DNA of 63,158 nucleotides, filler included, from Octopus bimaculoides (Eukaryota): assembly GCF_001194135.2 (NCBI RefSeq). It is 6 parts of 6 records of this genome, joined end to end, with 100 filler letters (N's around TTAATTAATTAA, not from the genome) between each part and the next. Parts side by side here need not be neighbours in the genome. Positions count along the whole stretch, not along the records: positions 47,599 to 50,628 come from NC_068986.1; positions 50,729 to 61,103 come from NC_068989.1; positions 61,204 to 63,158 come from NC_069005.1; 3 more parts are not named here. One strand, given 5' to 3'. Made by a program: the position numbers and the translations under genes. Of the stretch, positions 50,143-63,158 are shown piece after piece; position 1 is the first letter of the stretch, and each line of letters begins with the position of its first letter. The notes below the pieces were generated by a model. It saw only the letters and a list, made by a program, of their open reading frames with translations. It did no database searches and had not been told where the DNA came from.

Positions 50143-50628
50143 GCGTCTATATGTATAAATGCATAAATATATGCTGTGTTCCTGTCGACCAATTCAAGTT
50201 ATTGAACAACTCGAGACAATGGAACAAAATACGTGCTTAGTGACATATACACTATGACCGAACTGGGAGCATCTTTGTTTTGAAGCGGCACTCTTCTGCA
50301 CAAGGCCACGTCTGCGCTCATGGATAAACATCAAGAATATTCGCTGCTGCAATCATAACCGTAATATGCTTAAGCGGAAAACTTCAAAGCCAAAAATATT
50401 TAGCGATATTCTATTCACTCATCATTCTTTTACGTCATGTGGAATAATTTCCTTTACGTTTTAATTTTGAATTATTTATTTCCTTTGTGTTTTTTTTTTT
50501 TTTTTTTTAAATCGTATCTGGAAAATTATTGAATGAAAGTAAGCGTTAACTCATATACGTTTTCCTTAAGGATATTTTGCAAGTTCACATGATTGCAAAT
50601 TAGCAAGGAAATGAATCGGGGTCACTGT

Positions 50629-50728
50629 NNNNNNNNNNNNNNNNNNNNNNNNNNNNNNNNNNNNNNNNNNNNTTAATTAATTAANNNNNNNNNNNNNNNN
50701 NNNNNNNNNNNNNNNNNNNNNNNNNNNN
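50629..50728. other. Artificial scaffold linker
   Basis: N44-TTAATTAATTAA-N44. Confidence 0.97.
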
Positions 50729-51260
50729 TGTATGTATGTATGTATGTATGTATGTATGTATGTATGTATGTATGTATGTATGCATGTATGTATGCATGTA
50801 TGGATGGATATCTGTTGTGTTATATGAATGTTGTTATATGAATGTTGTTATATGAATGTCGTGTTATGTGTGTATATGTATGTATGTTATGTATGTGCGT
50901 ATGCATGTATGTATGTATGTATGCATGTATGCATGTTTGTATGCATGTATGTATGTATGTATGTTTGTATGTATGTATGTGTGTGTATGTATGTATGTAT
51001 GTATGTATGTATGTATGAATGTTGTCTTACATGTATGTTGTTATATGAATGTTGTGTTATATGTGCGTGTATGTATGTATGTGTGTATGTATGTATGTAT
51101 GTATGCATGCATGCATGTATATATGTATGTGTGTATGTATGGATGAATGTATGTATGAATGTTGTGTTATATGTGTGTATGTATGTATGTATGTTAAGTA
51201 TGTGCGTATGTGTGTTTGTACGTATGTGTGTGCATCTATGCGTAAGTGTTTGTGCACGCG
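50729..51260. repeat. Degenerate (TATG)n array with interspersed TATGAATGTTGT units
   Basis: Direct inspection. Confidence 0.9.
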
Positions 51261-51386
51261 CAATGCGAGTGTGCGTGTGTATGTTTCTGTGTGTTGTGAC
51301 AGTTGACATTTTTCATTCGCTATATCTTCCTGTAGTGAGGTGAAGATGATGATCGTAATCAAGATAGTGATAAAGTAGTAGTAGTA

Positions 51387-51528
51387 GAAGAAGAAGAAGA
51401 AGAAGAAGAAGAAGAAGAAGAAGAAGAAGAAGAAGAAGAAGAAGAAGAAGAAGAAAAAGAAGAAGAAGAAGAAGAAGAAGAAGAAGAAGAAGAAGAAGAA
51501 GAAGAAGAAGAAGAAGAAGAAGAAGAAG
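51387..51528. repeat. (GAA)n microsatellite, about 47 units
   Basis: Direct inspection. Confidence 0.97.
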
Positions 51529-51648
51529 CACTATTTTTATTGGAGAAGTAAACACATTAAGGTAACACCTGGAGAGGATTAATATACATCATCACTAAGA
51601 TTGTTACACAGTGCATTCATAGATCGAGATTTTATGCCAACCGACAGT

Positions 51649-51708
51649 GATGACGGTGATGACGATGATTATGATGATGATGATGATGATGATGACGACG
51701 ATGACGAC

Positions 51709-51758
<50 letters not shown>

Positions 51759-51774
51759 CAATAATAATAATAAT
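51649..51774. repeat. (GAT)n followed by (AAT)n
   Basis: Direct inspection. The (AAT)n is the reverse tail of a SINE fragment at about 51775-51848. Confidence 0.9.
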
Positions 51775-52392
51775 CCTTTCTATTATAGGCACAAGACCTA
51801 AAATTTGAGGGTTAGTCGATTGTATCGACCCCAGTGTTTCACTGGTACTCACTCAGCATTGCTTGGAACTACAAGAATTGTTCGCAGGATTCTTGAAGAA
51901 TGACCAGAAAATAAGTGTCACCTTAGTCTGTTGGCTGTGGACAGCTGACATTTTCCATCATAACCAGCGAAATAAGAGACCGGAAGAAAGTTTTTTCAGT
52001 TTTTGTCTTGGTTATGAACTTTCTACCGAAGAAGTAACTTCGACCACTTTTGGAATTCTTACTGGCGGTGCAGCTACCAATAATGTTAGGACACCAACTT
52101 CCAAGACTAGCTGTTTTGATGCAGGCTCTGCAACTATTCGAAGTCCCCTCTATCTATTTTGCTGTTGTTCACGTTCACTGACCGACAAAGCTCACACGGA
52201 GATCTTACAAACACAAACGTAACTGCTGCGCCTCCTCTCTCCATCGTCAGTTTCATTACTTTTAATTCTCTATCCACATCTGAAAGATAACAAAACCTTT
52301 GATAAAAGTACATTGGTCACTCAGCTTGCAGCGATAAGCTTTAAACGTCTGCATGACGTCTGCTTCGATTTATGCAGTACTACTATTCGAAT

Positions 52393-52775
52393 GGAGGCGC
52401 AATGGCCCAGTGGTTAGGGCAGCGGACTAGCGGTCATAGGATCGCGGTTTCGATTCCCAGACCGGGCGTTGTGAGTGTTTATTGAGCGAAAACACCTAAA
52501 GCTCCACGAGGCTCCGGCAGGGGATGGTGGCGAACCCTGCTGTACTCTTTCACCACAACTTTCTCTCACTCTTACTTCCTGTTTCTGTTGTGCCTGTAAT
52601 TCAAAGGGTCAGCCTTGTCACACTGTGTCACGCTTAATGTCCCCGAGAACTGCGTTAAGGGTACACGTGTCTGTGGAGTACTCATCCCCTTGCACGTTAA
52701 TTTCACGAGCAGGCTGTTCCGTTGATCGGATCAACTGGAACCCTCGACGTCGTAAGCGACGGAGTGCCAACAACA
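52393..52775 (+). mobile_element. About 380-bp tRNA-derived SINE, well preserved
   Basis: A box TGGCCCAGTGG (52403-52413), B box GGTTTCGATTCC (52446-52457), ending ...GGAGTGCCAACAAC. Paralogue at 45770. Confidence 0.88.
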
Positions 52776-54164
52776 CTATTCGAATACTTTTTGTTAGCCT
52801 AACATGAATGATAGTAATACTGTTTAAATAGTTTATATTGTGCACCCCGCCAACACATTAATACTGTGTAAATGCTTTTAGTTACACATCACGTCAACAC
52901 AATGTTATTATCTAAATAGTTTGTGCTATGTACTACACGGCTTCGGCACACCAACATAATGCTACTATACAGTTGGTGTGTGTTATATAATACATCACAA
53001 CATAGAACGTCTATATAGATAATTTGTATCAAAAACCAACCGCACCAACACATAGCTACTATATGAATTGAATTGCATATCACAGCATGTCCACACACTT
53101 CTACAATATAACTCGTGTATAATATATCTAACATTAATACGGTATTGCTGCTTGAATAATTTCTGTCACATACCGCACAGCAGAACACAGTAGCACTGCT
53201 GAAACAGTTAGTGTTGCACACTACACCAGCTCAGTGATGTAGTTTTAAACATTTCTCTCGTTATCTCCATAGTTTCCCTAGCAACTATTTATATTTTGAA
53301 AGTCATAAATACAGTTTTGTTTTTTAAATATCGTACATAAATCTATGTCAGTTAATGTTTCATGGATTACTTCTGTTTAGATAATCAAAGCCTAGTTGTG
53401 ATTTATTTTAAGAAGGATAACCATAAGATAGCTAAATAAAAATTCCCCACTTTCCTTTTGGTATATATGGCGCGAATAGAATATTTTAACCACTACAGGC
53501 TGTCATTAATGGCTCAAGAATTCTAGATTTTTCTTTAGAAAGCAAATATTGTCGACTTAGATTTTTACTGAAGCGTTTATGAAATATGTTTCCACTCACA
53601 CTAACGCATATTAAAATGAATCTTGCAAAAGAGACAATGCCACACACGCGCGCGCGCGTGTAGTATTTCAATGATTAAAAGAATAAAGACCCAGTATCAA
53701 GATTGTCCTCCTAGACTAATTTGACGAAAAACTCTCATAAAAAGCCCTGAATTACTCTTCCGTCTGCAAGACATTGAAAGTGTCCTTTTGCATTTTTATT
53801 TTATCTTACTGGGAAAAGTAGTGTCCAGTAACTCAAAGCAAACGGTTACACTTAGCCTGTAACTCAATGTAAGCGGCAACACTTAACCTGTGGTCATCTG
53901 GGAACAAATAATCCGGCATGATATGATCCTCTTTATTCACGAATTTCTGCATCATTCGTGGCAACAGGAATTAGATCTGAAATTTCAAACCCATTGATGT
54001 ATATGGCAGATTAACGTTAACCGTACGAAGACGTCAGGCGCGGAGAAATAAACCCTTTTATCTCCAGACTATTTAAGTTCACGTATAACAGATTCATTAC
54101 ACTTCTATTACAAGAATGTTCTGGTTTACTGAGCAATTCGCATTTGAGTAGGACTCCTACCCAA

Positions 54165-54230
<66 letters not shown>

Positions 54231-54442
54231 ATTTGCGTATACTATATCTATATGTACGTATGACTTTTACCTTGTACTTTTATTGCAGTCATGCTGTGGA
54301 ACAATCATAATGGGTTTAGTCGAACAAATCGACCACAGTTATTATTCTGTCGTTCTCTTTTTGCCGAACCGCTAGGTTATGGGAATGTAAACTGACACCA
54401 GTGGTGGATGAAGCACAGGCACAAAAGTACATACATATACAT

Positions 54443-54501
<59 letters not shown>

Positions 54502-54538
54502 NNNNNNNNNNNNNNNNNNNNNNNNNNNNNNNNNNNNN

Positions 54539-54569
<31 letters not shown>

Positions 54570-54572
<3 letters not shown>

Positions 54573-54735
54573 TAAGGGGGCTCCTTTTATTTTTTGTCTG
54601 ACGTATCCACACGCAAGCGTTCAGTCGGCCAGGGCTATAATAGAAGACACTTGCCCAAGATAGAACGCAGTGGATCTGAGCCCGAAGTATGCAGCTTAGA
54701 AGAAAGCTTTTTACTACGCACACATGCCAGCACCT
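54570..54735 (-). mobile_element. tRNA-derived SINE (family A), decayed
   Basis: GTCGGCC.AGGGCTATAATAGAAGACACTTGCCCAAG...CGCAGTGG is the reverse of family A. Confidence 0.7.
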
Positions 54736-55744
54736 ATATGATTGTATATTTTGTCTACTACCTAATCTAAATGGCCTACTAGGTGGTGTAGCGTTAACAT
54801 AAACATTTTAATGGTTTTTAAATGCTGTTGACTAAATATTTCTACATGAATTGTGAAAGTAATGGGTAGTGACTATTGTGTCTATGTTGACTGGACTTTT
54901 AAAACATAGCTTATCTCCTGGCTTATCTTTCTGACTTGATTCTATACATTGTGTTGTCAATCTCTTTTTATATCGGGGTTTTTCACCGATGTTATTGTTA
55001 TATATATTCTCAATGCTACTATTGACAGAAGAGTCTATAATGAAATCCAGCGGCATTTCATTGTCAAAATTTACATACATACATACACGTTTATATACAT
55101 ATATATATATATNNNNNNNNNNNNNNNNNNNNNNNNNNNNNNNNNNNNNNNNNNNNNNNNNNNNNNNNNNNNNNNNNNNNNNNNNNNNNNNNNNNNNNNN
55201 NNNNNNNNNNNNNNNNNNNNNNNNNNNNNNNNNNNNNNNNNNNNNNNNNNNNNNNNNNNNNNNNNNNNNNNNNNNNNNNNNNNNNNNNNNNNNNNNNNNN
55301 NNNNNNNNNNNNNNNNNNNNNNNNNNNNNGACCGTTGACCGAACACTATTCAATTTTTTCTCTCCGTGTTTTTCTCCTTGTCTCCGTATTCTTTCTGTTG
55401 AAGAGCGTAGCTCGAAACGTTAAAGACTTTCCGTATTCCCGAGCATCATACTAATACATCCATTTGTTGTTTACACCACCTGTCCTCGTCTGTTGTTGTT
55501 TTTTCGTACATTCTCATATATATATATATATATATACATACACACATCTATAACGTTTATTTTTCCTTTTTAGTCATCCTCGTTGCTGCGGCTATATTTC
55601 TGCTCAAAGGTAGTGTCTGTATATATGTCATTATTCAGTTTATTTCAAGATTTCTTGCCAATAGGGAAAGAGCCGGTTTCTAACCTATATCCAAGGCTTC
55701 TTCATTGGAATTTCAACATCAACAACAGGGTATTTCTGTTTGTT

Positions 55745-56070
55745 TGTATGTATGTATGTATGTATGTATGTATGTATGCATGCATGCATGCATGCATGCA
55801 TGTATGTATGTATGTATGTATGTATGTATGTATGTATGTATGTATAATATATATGTATGTATGTATGTATGCATGCATGCANNNNNNNNNNNNNNNNNNN
55901 NNNNNNNNNNNTGTATGTATGTATGTATGTATGTATGTATGTATGCATGCATGCATGCATGCATGCATGTATGTATGTATGTATGTATGTATGTATGTAT
56001 AATATATATGTATGTATGTATGTATGCATGCATGCATGTATGTATGTATGTATGTATGTATGTATGTACG
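55745..56070. repeat. (TATG)n/(CATG)n compound microsatellite
   Basis: Direct inspection. Partly duplicated across a 30-N gap. Confidence 0.9.
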
Positions 56071-56940
56071 TGCAGATTTGTGTGTTTTATGTATGTATTC
56101 TCATGCATATAGTTGCATATCTAGACATGTCCATATATATTTAAATGATAAATTTCTGGAAAGTTTTACAGATTTTCACAGTTCCAGTGATGGATTGGAT
56201 CCGTGGTCTTCGAATTAGCTTTCTCCTTTCTGGTTTTGAGAAGCCTAATTCCTCAAGATCGGTATTTAGGCAGTGTGTTACATACCCCAGAGCCCCAATA
56301 AACCCAATAAACCTGAACTTGTAATCTGGATAAAGTAACTGCAGATTTCTCAATAGTTCAGCATAGGTGTTCTCTTTTTCACTGATCTTCAGTTTTATGT
56401 TAACATCCGCTGGGCAGCTAATTTCCACAACTGTGCACCGTTTTTTCTTCTCTTATCTCAAATCATTATATCAGATCTGTTTGTGCTTACATTTTATTGT
56501 AACTAGGTCAAGGCTCTTTTTTTCTAATGCATATTCTTTGTATAAAGTTTTAAGTCATCCACAAAAAAAAAAGAAAAAACTGTGTAATTTTGGTATTTAT
56601 TGTGAACCAGGGAGATATCCTTCAGACTTCCTTAACATGAATGACAAGAGGTTTACAGAAAGTATTAACAACATCACAGGGAGGCTGTCTCCTTGGACTA
56701 TGCCTTTGCGATACTGTATTCTATCGGTGATAATACATTCACTCTTTGTGTTTAATTTCAAGATGGTGTCCCACGATGAATTCAGGTCAGCTACGGCTTT
56801 GAATATTGTCACTGGAACTTTAGCAAGTTCTAGCTTCTAGCATCCATGAGTGGGGAACAGAGTCAAAGGCTTTCTTGTAGTCTGGCCACATTGAACCTAG
56901 GTTCCTCCTATTCTCTCGCACCTCTGACATCACAGTTTTG
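56071..56940 (-). mobile_element. R4/Dong-type RLE LINE, 5'-truncated and internally deleted
   Basis: RT motifs DYKKAFDSVPHSW, KGIVQGDSLP and FVDDLKLY are joined directly to the endonuclease C-terminus (EISCPAD...KENTYAEL...IGALG...SITGTVKICKTF*). Confidence 0.85.
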
Positions 56941-57044
56941 TTGATTAATGTATGTATGTATGGATGTTCGTATGTATGTATGTATGTGTGTATATACGTA
57001 TGAATGTATGTATAAATGTATGAATGTATGCTTGCATGTGTGCG

Positions 57045-57105
<61 letters not shown>

Positions 57106-57229
57106 CACAAATTCAATGATCAGTTCTGTTTGAATCCTAAATAAATTCTTTTCTCTTCTACAATAAGTTGAAAAATTTTTCAAAATTACATCGATCTATT
57201 AAGTTTCTCTATTGTGTATTCATGAGGGG

Positions 57230-57720
57230 GAATTTCTGCGTCCATCAATCTTTTAGGGCATCTGTGACATGTAGCAGGGAGGAAAGAATGTAATCTCTGA
57301 CCGGAATTCTGGCCAGAATACTTGCAACAGAACGGACTCCACTAAAGGCAGATACGTGCCATGTGATAATCTTAAAACAGGTTTTAGATGCAGACCACAA
57401 CTCACACGCAGCTATTAATCAAATACTTTGTTGACTCTGTAGTGAAATGTACCACTGCGTGCTTGTGATAATGTATTATGACATTCGTCAATTATAGTCT
57501 TCGTTTAGTATGGAAAAAAGGGTTGGGAAACCTTGATAGATACATATCCTCTTGAGCCTGGTTAGAGTGATATCATTATTGATCTGCTTTAAGTGTGGCA
57601 AGTCAATAACTGCTGGTGAGGTGTACAAAGGGAGGAGATTGTCATCGGCCGTAGAAGTTAGTATGGGATCTGGATAAGAAGAAAAGGAGAGACAAAACGA
57701 ACTGGGAATACCTGAGTATT
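57230..57720 (-). mobile_element. Highly decayed CR1/L2-like LINE RT fragment
   Basis: Minus-strand SGIPSSF...ILTSTADDNLL resembles SGVPQGS...SYADD. The similarity is weak. Confidence 0.35.
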
Positions 57721-58734
57721 ATGAACTGTCAGATGGGAGCTGTCAGATTCGTACAGCAGAAGCGATTGTAATAATGATTAGAAAATAAGGGCAGATACAG
57801 GCCAGAGGTTGAAGTGTGTCTGCAAGCTACATCATACGAATCAATCAATTGACGTGGTTTTTGAAAGCCGTCTAGGATGTTTACGAGCACAACGACAGCA
57901 ACAACAATAGCAGCACCGTCCTCTAAGTGGAGGCAATACAGCATTGAGGGATCTCACTTGGCTTTTGTAAGGAGTTAGTCGTTGTTGGGACTAAAGTGCT
58001 GTCTACCTCTGAACAGAAAGATCTATCTTAGAATGCTGTATTTGCTATGTTGCGGATGTGCTGACGCGTGGCAATGGAAACAATAACGAGAATTCTAGTA
58101 GGGTGTGTCCAAGGAGGAAAGGGGGAGGTGCAATACTGTCCTTATCACGATTCTGTCTGTGCAGTTGAAGTAGAGGACATTGGTATATTTCCATTAATAA
58201 ACAATATTGGTATGATCTTGTTAATAGACAATATTCGTACGACCCCGTCAATGGTTAATACTAATTATGTTCTCGTAATTTCGCAATCTTGCCATCTTCG
58301 CTGCTCATAGAGTCGAAGTAGATTTGGTTTGAGGTATCAAGCAAATTGGCTGACGCTTGGACACAAAAGGTTTAGTAACAGGGATTTGTAGTATGGTATA
58401 TATATAGTATTGAGCCTTACTGAAGGTGACCGCAGACAAAGAGTTACCTATTACCCTTTACCTATTTCAGTCATTAAACTGTGGCCATGCTGGGGCACCA
58501 CTTTGAAAGATTTTCTTTAGTCGAATTAATCGACCCCAGTACTTATTTTTCAAAACCTGGTACTTATTCTATCGGCTGTTTTGCCGAACCACTAAGTTAC
58601 AGGGACCAAAACACACGAACATGGGTTGTCAAGGGGTGGTGAGGGATAAACAAACACACACACACACACGTGCACACACACACACGTGCACACACACACA
58701 CACGTGCACACACACACACACACACACAAATTTA

Positions 58735-58893
58735 TATATACGACGGGCTTCCAGGTTCCGTTTACCAAATCAACTTCACAAGGCTCTTGGTCGGCCCGAG
58801 GCTACAGTAGAAGACACCCAAGGTACTACGCAGTAGGAGTGAACCCAGAACCATGTGGTTGGGAAGCAAGATTCTTACCATACAGCCACGCCT
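58735..58893 (-). mobile_element. tRNA-derived SINE (family A)
   Basis: Reverse complement of the 41357 family, ending ...CTTACCATACAGCCACGCCT. Confidence 0.8.
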
Positions 58894-59373
58894 ACATATT
58901 ATTTCTCAAAAAACATTCTCTTAATCCTCATCTAGTTTGATCTCTCAGAGCGTACTTTCTTGTGCATAAGTCTTTATTTATTTTATTGTTGTAAAGTGGG
59001 TTCCTCCCACTGGTGTGATGTGTGACTGCCGTTGTACTGTAGCTGCTGTTTTACGCTAGTAGCCAGAACAGTTATTAATCATCGGGTACCGTTGTATCGC
59101 TTCTTACTGGAATAGTAATACACCAACCTCCTCTCTCTTACTATCGCTGATAACTCTACAAAACACCGACTAGGACTGTCGATTCTCAACCCTTCGACTC
59201 TCGACCCTCTCTTGACAATCGGCTACTGGTCTATTTATAATAGCTCTCCTACCACTTTTTACCGGGACTATACAGCTTCACTATACAACATTTATGTACT
59301 TCTTTGAAGTATCTTCCCGGATTGATTTGTTGATACGCGGGTTTTTTTAATTAATAACTTAATCACACACTAA

Positions 59374-59590
59374 GGCGGTTAGCTGGCAGATTCGTTAGTA
59401 CCATGGGGAAAATGCTTAGCAGCATTATATCCTTCTTTACGTTCTGAGTTAAAGTTCCGCCGACATCGACTTTGCCTTCTGTCCTTTGGGAATCAATATA
59501 ATAAGTAGCAGTTGAGCACAGGAGTCGATGTAATCAACTTCACACCTCCTTCGAAATTGTTAGCTTTGCGCCAAAATTTGAACCAGTAAT
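59374..59590 (+). mobile_element. tRNA-related SINE (third family)
   Basis: GGCGGTTAGCTGGCAGATTCGTTAG head, B-box-like TGAGTTAAAGTTCC and GTCGATGTAATC. The 3' part matches 51775-51848(-). Confidence 0.6.
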
Positions 59591-59629
59591 TTAATCATAC
59601 GATAGCCCTAAAACACTTATAAGGTGTTG

Positions 59630-59880
59630 ATGTTGAGCCTAAGCATTTGAAGATTAAAGCTTGCAAGAAAAGTTAGGGTGGGGAAGAAATTCCAAAGGAT
59701 TGCAGTTCTCAGTGAGGCGTGGTAAAGATTGAGCAAAGTGATTAAGTATTTAATGAGTGAATATGAGAAACGAGTCGCAGCGAGGGCACTACAAAGAAGT
59801 GGAGCAGCTATGATTAGTGACTATGGGTAGAAAATCCACGCGGGATGCCTGTTTAGAAGAGCAGATGTACTAGATGTCAT
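59630..59880 (-). mobile_element. CR1/L2-like LINE 3' end, decayed
   Basis: Minus-strand RTAILWNFFP...FNLQML resembles the terminal RT..LWN.LP...NL..FK motif of CR1/L2-group LINEs. Confidence 0.5.
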
Positions 59881-60783
59881 TACAGTATTTGATCAATACT
59901 ATTCTAAACATGAACACGGTTTGTTAATAATCTTGTTTTAATAAGCAATTATACTGTCACATTAAATTCAGACATAACCTGTAGATTGGACATAAGAGGT
60001 GACAGCTTATCGTGTAATAAGTTAGTTTAGTTCGACTATGTTTTTGTTAATGAAAAATGACAGCGAAAGATAGTTAATTCAACAGGCTAATTATTCTTCT
60101 TGCTAAACTCTTTCCCTGTAAACTAAACAGAAGACACTTAAATAGTGTTTAAATATCTCTACTGATGCGCAATTATAATAAGCGAACATTCATTCAGAAG
60201 ATTTTGAAGATATATGTTGTGATTGGATATTGATTTAATATAAGTATATCATGTATTACCTGTGTTGTCTTCCGGTACATAATTGGTGTTATTGTTGAAG
60301 TACCAACTTAAAACCATCCGTTTCGCAATTTCCGATTTCTTCCCGCGATTATGTGTCTTTAATATTGACATAGTAGAAGACACTGTGCTAAGCAGGCTTA
60401 GAATCAAGAAACATATTTACTTAACGCTGCTTTCAATTTTTCTTCGAATATCATAAACACTACTATTTCCTCTGTGATTGCCCATGCGGGATATAATTCC
60501 TACCAACAAAACAAACAAATTCCTTTTGAGTTTGGAGTAACTGAGCTGAAAGTCTCATGTGGTCTAACTTTATACTTGTAATTAACCTCAGTGATATATT
60601 TTTCTTTTTTCTTGTTTGAAATATGCTTATTGCTCCCATACTTGGGAATAGGTAGTCAATAAGTGAGAGAGAAGAGATATAAAGAGTTAGAGTTAGAAAC
60701 TGTAAGAGCTAGAAGGACAGTGAAGGCAGACGTACATGCATACAAGCAGTCAGGGGGAGGAGAGAGAAAGCGAGAGGGGAAAC

Positions 60784-60829
<46 letters not shown>

Positions 60830-60897
60830 ATATATATATATATATATGTGTGTATATATATGCGTGTGTGTGTGCGTGTGTGTGTGCTTGTGTGTAT

Positions 60898-61053
60898 GGG
60901 TGGGTGTGGGTGTAATTGTTTTGGGACTAATGTGTATATGTCAATTAGTGTGTTGAGTAAAGTACATTATATATATATATAATTGAAGGAATGACATCAG
61001 GTAGCGAAACTCTATACACATTAGTCCCAAAACAATTACACCCACACCCACCC
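60898..61053. repeat. Perfect 41-bp inverted repeat with a 74-bp spacer
   Basis: 60898-60938 (GGGTGGGTGTGGGTGTAATTGTTTTGGGACTAATGTGTATA) is the exact reverse complement of 61013-61053. Confidence 0.9.
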
Positions 61054-61069
61054 ACACACACACGCACAC

Positions 61070-61103
<34 letters not shown>

Positions 61104-61203
61104 NNNNNNNNNNNNNNNNNNNNNNNNNNNNNNNNNNNNNNNNNNNNTTAATTAATTAANNNNNNNNNNNNNNNNNNNNNNNNNNNNNNNNNNNNNNNNN
61201 NNN
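61104..61203. other. Artificial scaffold linker
   Basis: N44-TTAATTAATTAA-N44. Confidence 0.97.
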
Positions 61204-61257
<54 letters not shown>

Positions 61258-61270
61258 TATACATATATAC

Positions 61271-61302
<32 letters not shown>

Positions 61303-61323
61303 GCATATATATGCTTATGTTGC

Positions 61324-61377
<54 letters not shown>

Positions 61378-61689
61378 TTTAGGACATATAACTGTGTATA
61401 TAGGGCAGTTGTATCTAAATTTATTCTCCCCATTAATGGTACATATGCTTGATTTCCTGTGCAGAATGAAATTACCTATATATCTATCTGTCTATCTATC
61501 TATCAATTTATCTATCTATCTATCGATAGAAATGGGAGCATACGTATAGCTTTGCATATAGAATATTTTACACAAACACAAACACACACACACATATGAA
61601 GGTTTTTTACTAGTTTATTCACACGCGTCACTCGAGATATCTCCATATGCATATACATACATACATACGTACACACATATATAGATTTA

Positions 61690-61773
61690 AATATATATTT
61701 ATATACATATATATATATATATATCCTAATTTACATATAAAGTTATATATATATATGAATATATATGTGTGAT

Positions 61774-61805
<32 letters not shown>

Positions 61806-61859
61806 ATATATACATTATAAATATATATTCATATACATATATATATTCATATATGTGTG

Positions 61860-61948
<89 letters not shown>

Positions 61949-62012
61949 TTGTATATGTGTATCTGTATATATATGTATGTATATGTATGTATATATATTT
62001 ATATATATATCT
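61690..62012. repeat. Long imperfect (TA)n region
   Basis: Direct inspection. Confidence 0.95.
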
Positions 62013-63090
62013 ATGTTCACTTTCATACCAGCCATCTAACAATGGTACACGTGCCCCTAACAATGCACAGCCCTAGTAACCATCACAAACGATGCCTCTC
62101 ACGCATGCGCACTTCTAGTCTCATGCATAAGCCAACCACACGTACTCTCACATACATTGCACTTACCCCAACACTATCCTACAGACACAAATGCACTCTG
62201 ATACTTGTATCTACACACATTCTCTTCTGGAGTTATACATGCGTCTAGAGACACATTTTTTCTTGATTTTTTCCTCCCACACGTGATCATTCTCACCTGG
62301 TTTTTAACCCTTCCTCTGTGTTTTTCTATTATCAAATATGAACGCGTGCAAGCGTTCTACACAAACACACGCACGCACACAGATATATCTGCATGCGTGC
62401 ATACGTACGTATGTATGCAGGTATGCCTTCATGTAACTTTTTAGCTATGCTCACATAGAATATACAAGCTGTATATATGATCTTTATCATCAGTAACAAA
62501 CAAACCGCAGAAGCACCGGGAAACGCGAAGGCTCGTACGTGACTGCCTGATCTATTAAAAACAACAGCCGAATAATAATCAAATCTAAGTACACATCGTA
62601 TACTATGCTCCTATTTACTCAGTGACAGAACAAGGTAAAGAATATCGTCAAATTGAATTGTGGTACCGCACAACAGAACAGATCTGGGAATAGGAGGTAA
62701 GCCCTCCAACAACTATTAGCTCAAGATATTTATTTCCCCTGCTGCTCTTACCAAAGTTTTTCCTTCAATGCGTCACTGCCAAATCTACAAGTGAATTCCA
62801 TTGTCGGTTTTTCAATCCAATTTAGTAATCTTTGTCACTGCGCTGCCATCGTTTTGTATAAATCAAATGGTAGTTGTGTTAGTAGATTGTTGTCCATCTT
62901 GGAACGCAAGCCGTATGCAGCCATACGTCACCGGAAGTAATTTGCACCTGCTTCCGCCCTACCTTCTCTTATGTCAAAGACTTCCTTTCATGAAAGCACT
63001 TGCCTTATTACCTTTGCAAGGAATGAATATAATACACACACACACATATATATGTATATGTATATATATATGTGTGTGTGCATATATATG

Positions 63091-63123
<33 letters not shown>

Positions 63124-63158
63124 GTGCATATGTATATATATATATATTTATAGGTGTA

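Noticed and set aside
52393-52470. tRNA gene
   Set aside because: A and B boxes are present, but the sequence continues into a body of about 380 bp shared with 45770-46147. It is a SINE head, not a tRNA.
55745-56070. Duplicated compound microsatellite block
   Set aside because: The copies flank a short N gap. Probably an assembly artefact.
30750-58655. CRISPR-like or regularly spaced repeat array
   Set aside because: The recurring sequences are dispersed eukaryotic repeats in both orientations on different scaffolds, with no repeat-spacer periodicity.
27422-63153. Numerous ORFs rich in YI, HT, CV, MYVC, poly-L, poly-D, poly-S or X
   Set aside because: They are translations of microsatellites and N gaps with no domain-like sequence.

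Overview
Repeat-dense, AT-rich animal genomic DNA, most likely an octopus or other cephalopod. That assignment is an inference from the SINE families, the very high microsatellite load and a divergent 28S rRNA. The window is not one locus: five artificial 100-bp linkers (N44-TTAATTAATTAA-N44) join six separate scaffolds (1-26582, 26683-40333, 40434-47498, 47599-50628, 50729-61103, 61204-63158). The only supportable host gene is the last two coding exons (6673-6770, 12598-12723, + strand) of a PX-domain protein of the Tks/p47phox type that appears to stop right after the PX domain. The rest is transposon-derived: RTE LINEs, R4/Dong-type RLE LINEs, decayed CR1/L2-like LINEs, tRNA-derived SINEs, a Helitron with both termini, piggyBac-type and hAT-type MITEs, and Penelope-like repeats carrying small hammerhead-like motifs. 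The most notable feature is a minus-strand R2-clade retrotransposon (24592-26582). Its apparently intact 3' UTR (predicted pseudoknot, terminal hairpin, AATAAAAA) is fused to about 600 bp of 28S rRNA at a position that is not the canonical R2 site, and the unit lies outside an rDNA array. Almost all other ORFs in the supplied track are microsatellite or N-gap artefacts.
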